Assembly: GCA_965224085.1 (NCBI GenBank)
Contig: CBDCYI010000011.1
Span: forward strand, 1,120,001 to 1,184,000
DNA length: 64,000 nucleotides
Direction of reading: 5' to 3'
Source: Candidatus Marinacidobacterales bacterium
GTDB lineage: Bacteria; Acidobacteriota; Vicinamibacteria; Marinacidobacterales; SMYC01
Shown: in pieces, positions 62,490 to 64,000 of the stretch
How positions within the stretch are numbered: position 1 is the first letter of the stretch
Layout: each line of letters begins with the position of its first letter
Program-made: the position numbers and the translations under genes
Notes under the pieces: model-generated
Database searches by the model: none
Seen by the model: only the letters and a program-made list of their open reading frames with translations
Told to the model about the DNA's origin: nothing

Positions 62490-63182
62490 GCAATCAGCTG
62501 ACCGTGGACGATTTGCCTGGGTTGCGCGGTGAGGCAGTAGGCATGACCGCCGACCGTGACAAAGCGACCCATCAAGGCGAGCTAGACTTTCTCACTTGGG
62601 ATCATCCGATGGTCACGGGCGTCATGGACCTTCTCGTGAGCTCCGAGCGCGGCAACAGCGCCGTTGCTTGTTTCGTGGCGCCGGGTCCTCGGACCCTTTT
62701 TGCTCGAAGCCGTGTTCGTTCTCGACGTCGTGGCGCCGCCCGAGCTCTACGCGGATCGATTCTTGCCACCCATGCCTCTGCGGGTTGTCGTCGATCAACA
62801 TTTGCAGGACCGAACGGGCGCTTTGCCACCGGGCAAGCTGAGGAACAAGATCGTGGACGCCCGTCAGGTGTTGCGCTTGACCGATCGAAGCTGGCAGGAT
62901 GAGCTGCTGCCAAAGATGATCGGGGCCGCGCGTGAGCTTGCCGAGAAGGAGCGGTCGCGAAGAATCGAAGCGAGTCTTTTCGAAATGCAGGATGTGATGG
63001 GAAAAGAGCTGCGAAGACTGAAAGCGCTCGCTGAGGTGAACCATCACGTCCGGCCGGACGAAATCGATCGCGTCGAAGCAGAGACCCGGGATTTGAAAAC
63101 GGCCATCGAGTCCGCTCAGCTGCGCCTCGACGCGCTTCGATTGGTCTGGAAGACACCAACGCCTCCCAAAGCCCCGCAATGA
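62490..63182 (+). pseudogene. rapA: RNA polymerase-associated protein RapA, C-terminal fragment with frameshift near 62700
   Basis: FLTWDHPMV, RFLPP.PLRVVVD, RLKALAEVN..VR.DEI, LRLDALRL. Confidence 0.85.
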
Positions 63183-63201
63183 CCCCCGCGATGACCTCGT
63201 A

Positions 63202-63384
63202 ATGTTTCGTGCCCGCGCTTTCGTCACCATCCTTCTTCTGATTTTTGCCATCTATACCTTCTCTCCGGCGGAGCGCAAGAGGCGTTGGCTCGACAAGCTC
63301 CGGGAGTTCGGAAAATCCGTCGTAATCTCGCTCGTGATCTACTGGGTATACATGCTCGCCATCTACTTCTTGCGGCAGGGGTGA
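63202..63384 (+). CDS. Small membrane protein
   Basis: 60 aa with two TM helices. Confidence 0.5.
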   Translation: MFRARAFVTILLLIFAIYTFSPAERKRRWLDKLREFGKSVVISLVIYWVYMLAIYFLRQG

Positions 63385-63431
63385 GAGTTGTCATAATGGA
63401 ATGAAACCACACAAAACTCGAAAGCGAAGCC

Positions 63432-64000
63432 GTGAGCAAGAAAGAAAGTGCCACGAAGGGACTCGGATGTCTCGTTTCGTTCGCCCTTCCTTTTGCGGGG
63501 GTGGGTGTCTTCATGGCCTATCTCATCGGCGCGGCCTTGCTGGATTGGTCCGCGATGCGCTCCTGGGAGGAAGTTCCGGCTGAGCTCATCTCGGTCAATT
63601 TGTGGGAAAGCCGGAGCTCTGATTCGAACAGCGTCGAGGCTCAGGCGACCTACGGGTACGAATATGGGGGGCGGCCGTTCACGGGTAGCAGGGTGTCGCT
63701 CCACAAAGGTTCCGATAGTGTCGGACGCTTTCAAGAGGACACCTATCGCGAGCTCTCGTCTCACCGCGGATCCACCTTTCGTTGTTTCGTGAATCCAGCC
63801 AATCCAGCGGAAGCCGTGCTCTATCGCGATCTGCGTTGGGAGCTCATCGGCTTTTACTCTATTTTTCTCGTCGTCTTTGGCGGCGCCGGTTTCGGCTTTA
63901 TAGGCTTCGGTCTGTTTGGCAGCAAGAAAGTCAAGCGGGAGGCCGAGCTTCAGGAGCGACACCCGGACGAGCCGTGGAAGCACAAAGAGGCGTGGGCCAC
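63432..64000 (+). CDS. DUF3592-domain membrane protein, runs off the window end (absent from the ORF track)
   Basis: GTG start; FALPFAGVG, SWEEVPA, YGYEYGGRPFTG, CFVNPANPAEAVLYR. Confidence 0.75.
   Translation, partial: MSKKESATKGLGCLVSFALPFAGVGVFMAYLIGAALLDWSAMRSWEEVPAELISVNLWESRSSDSNSVEAQATYGYEYGGRPFTGSRVSLHKGSDSVGRFQEDTYRELSSHRGSTFRCFVNPANPAEAVLYRDLRWELIGFYSIFLVVFGGAGFGFIGFGLFGSKKVKREAELQERHPDEPWKHKEAWA

Overview
This is a GC-rich bacterial window. Its gene content (DUF1592/DUF1552/ankyrin cluster, ASPIC/UnbV and PD40 proteins, paired amidohydrolases, DUF885, PEP-CTERM, CotH/lamin-tail protein) suggests an Acidobacteriota (Vicinamibacteria-like) genome; this is inference only. Intact genes include ettA, a HugZ-like gene, YceI, a sulfatase/CDP-alcohol transferase/flippase/GT4 cluster, a CoxL-like molybdoenzyme, a di-heme cytochrome c peroxidase, a Nudix hydrolase and an adenine/adenosine deaminase. 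They are interleaved with many gene fragments, genes reduced to head plus tail, single-base frameshifts, short tandem duplications and one 3.26 kb direct duplication. Mobile DNA comprises one ISAzo13-family element with a TTA duplication, one IS6 element, and a head-to-tail dimer of an ISNCY-type element bounded by three CTAGCTAG palindromes. The most notable signals absent from the ORF track are: a MerB-like remnant with UGA at a conserved Cys position followed by a bacterial-SECIS-like hairpin; a redoxin remnant with an orphan SECIS-like hairpin; and a tmRNA 3-prime-end att-site remnant with IHF-like and arm-like sites. No CRISPR array, rRNA or complete tRNA was seen. Family assignments come from motif recognition, not database searches. 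Real genome decay cannot be separated from assembly or amplification artefact without reads.
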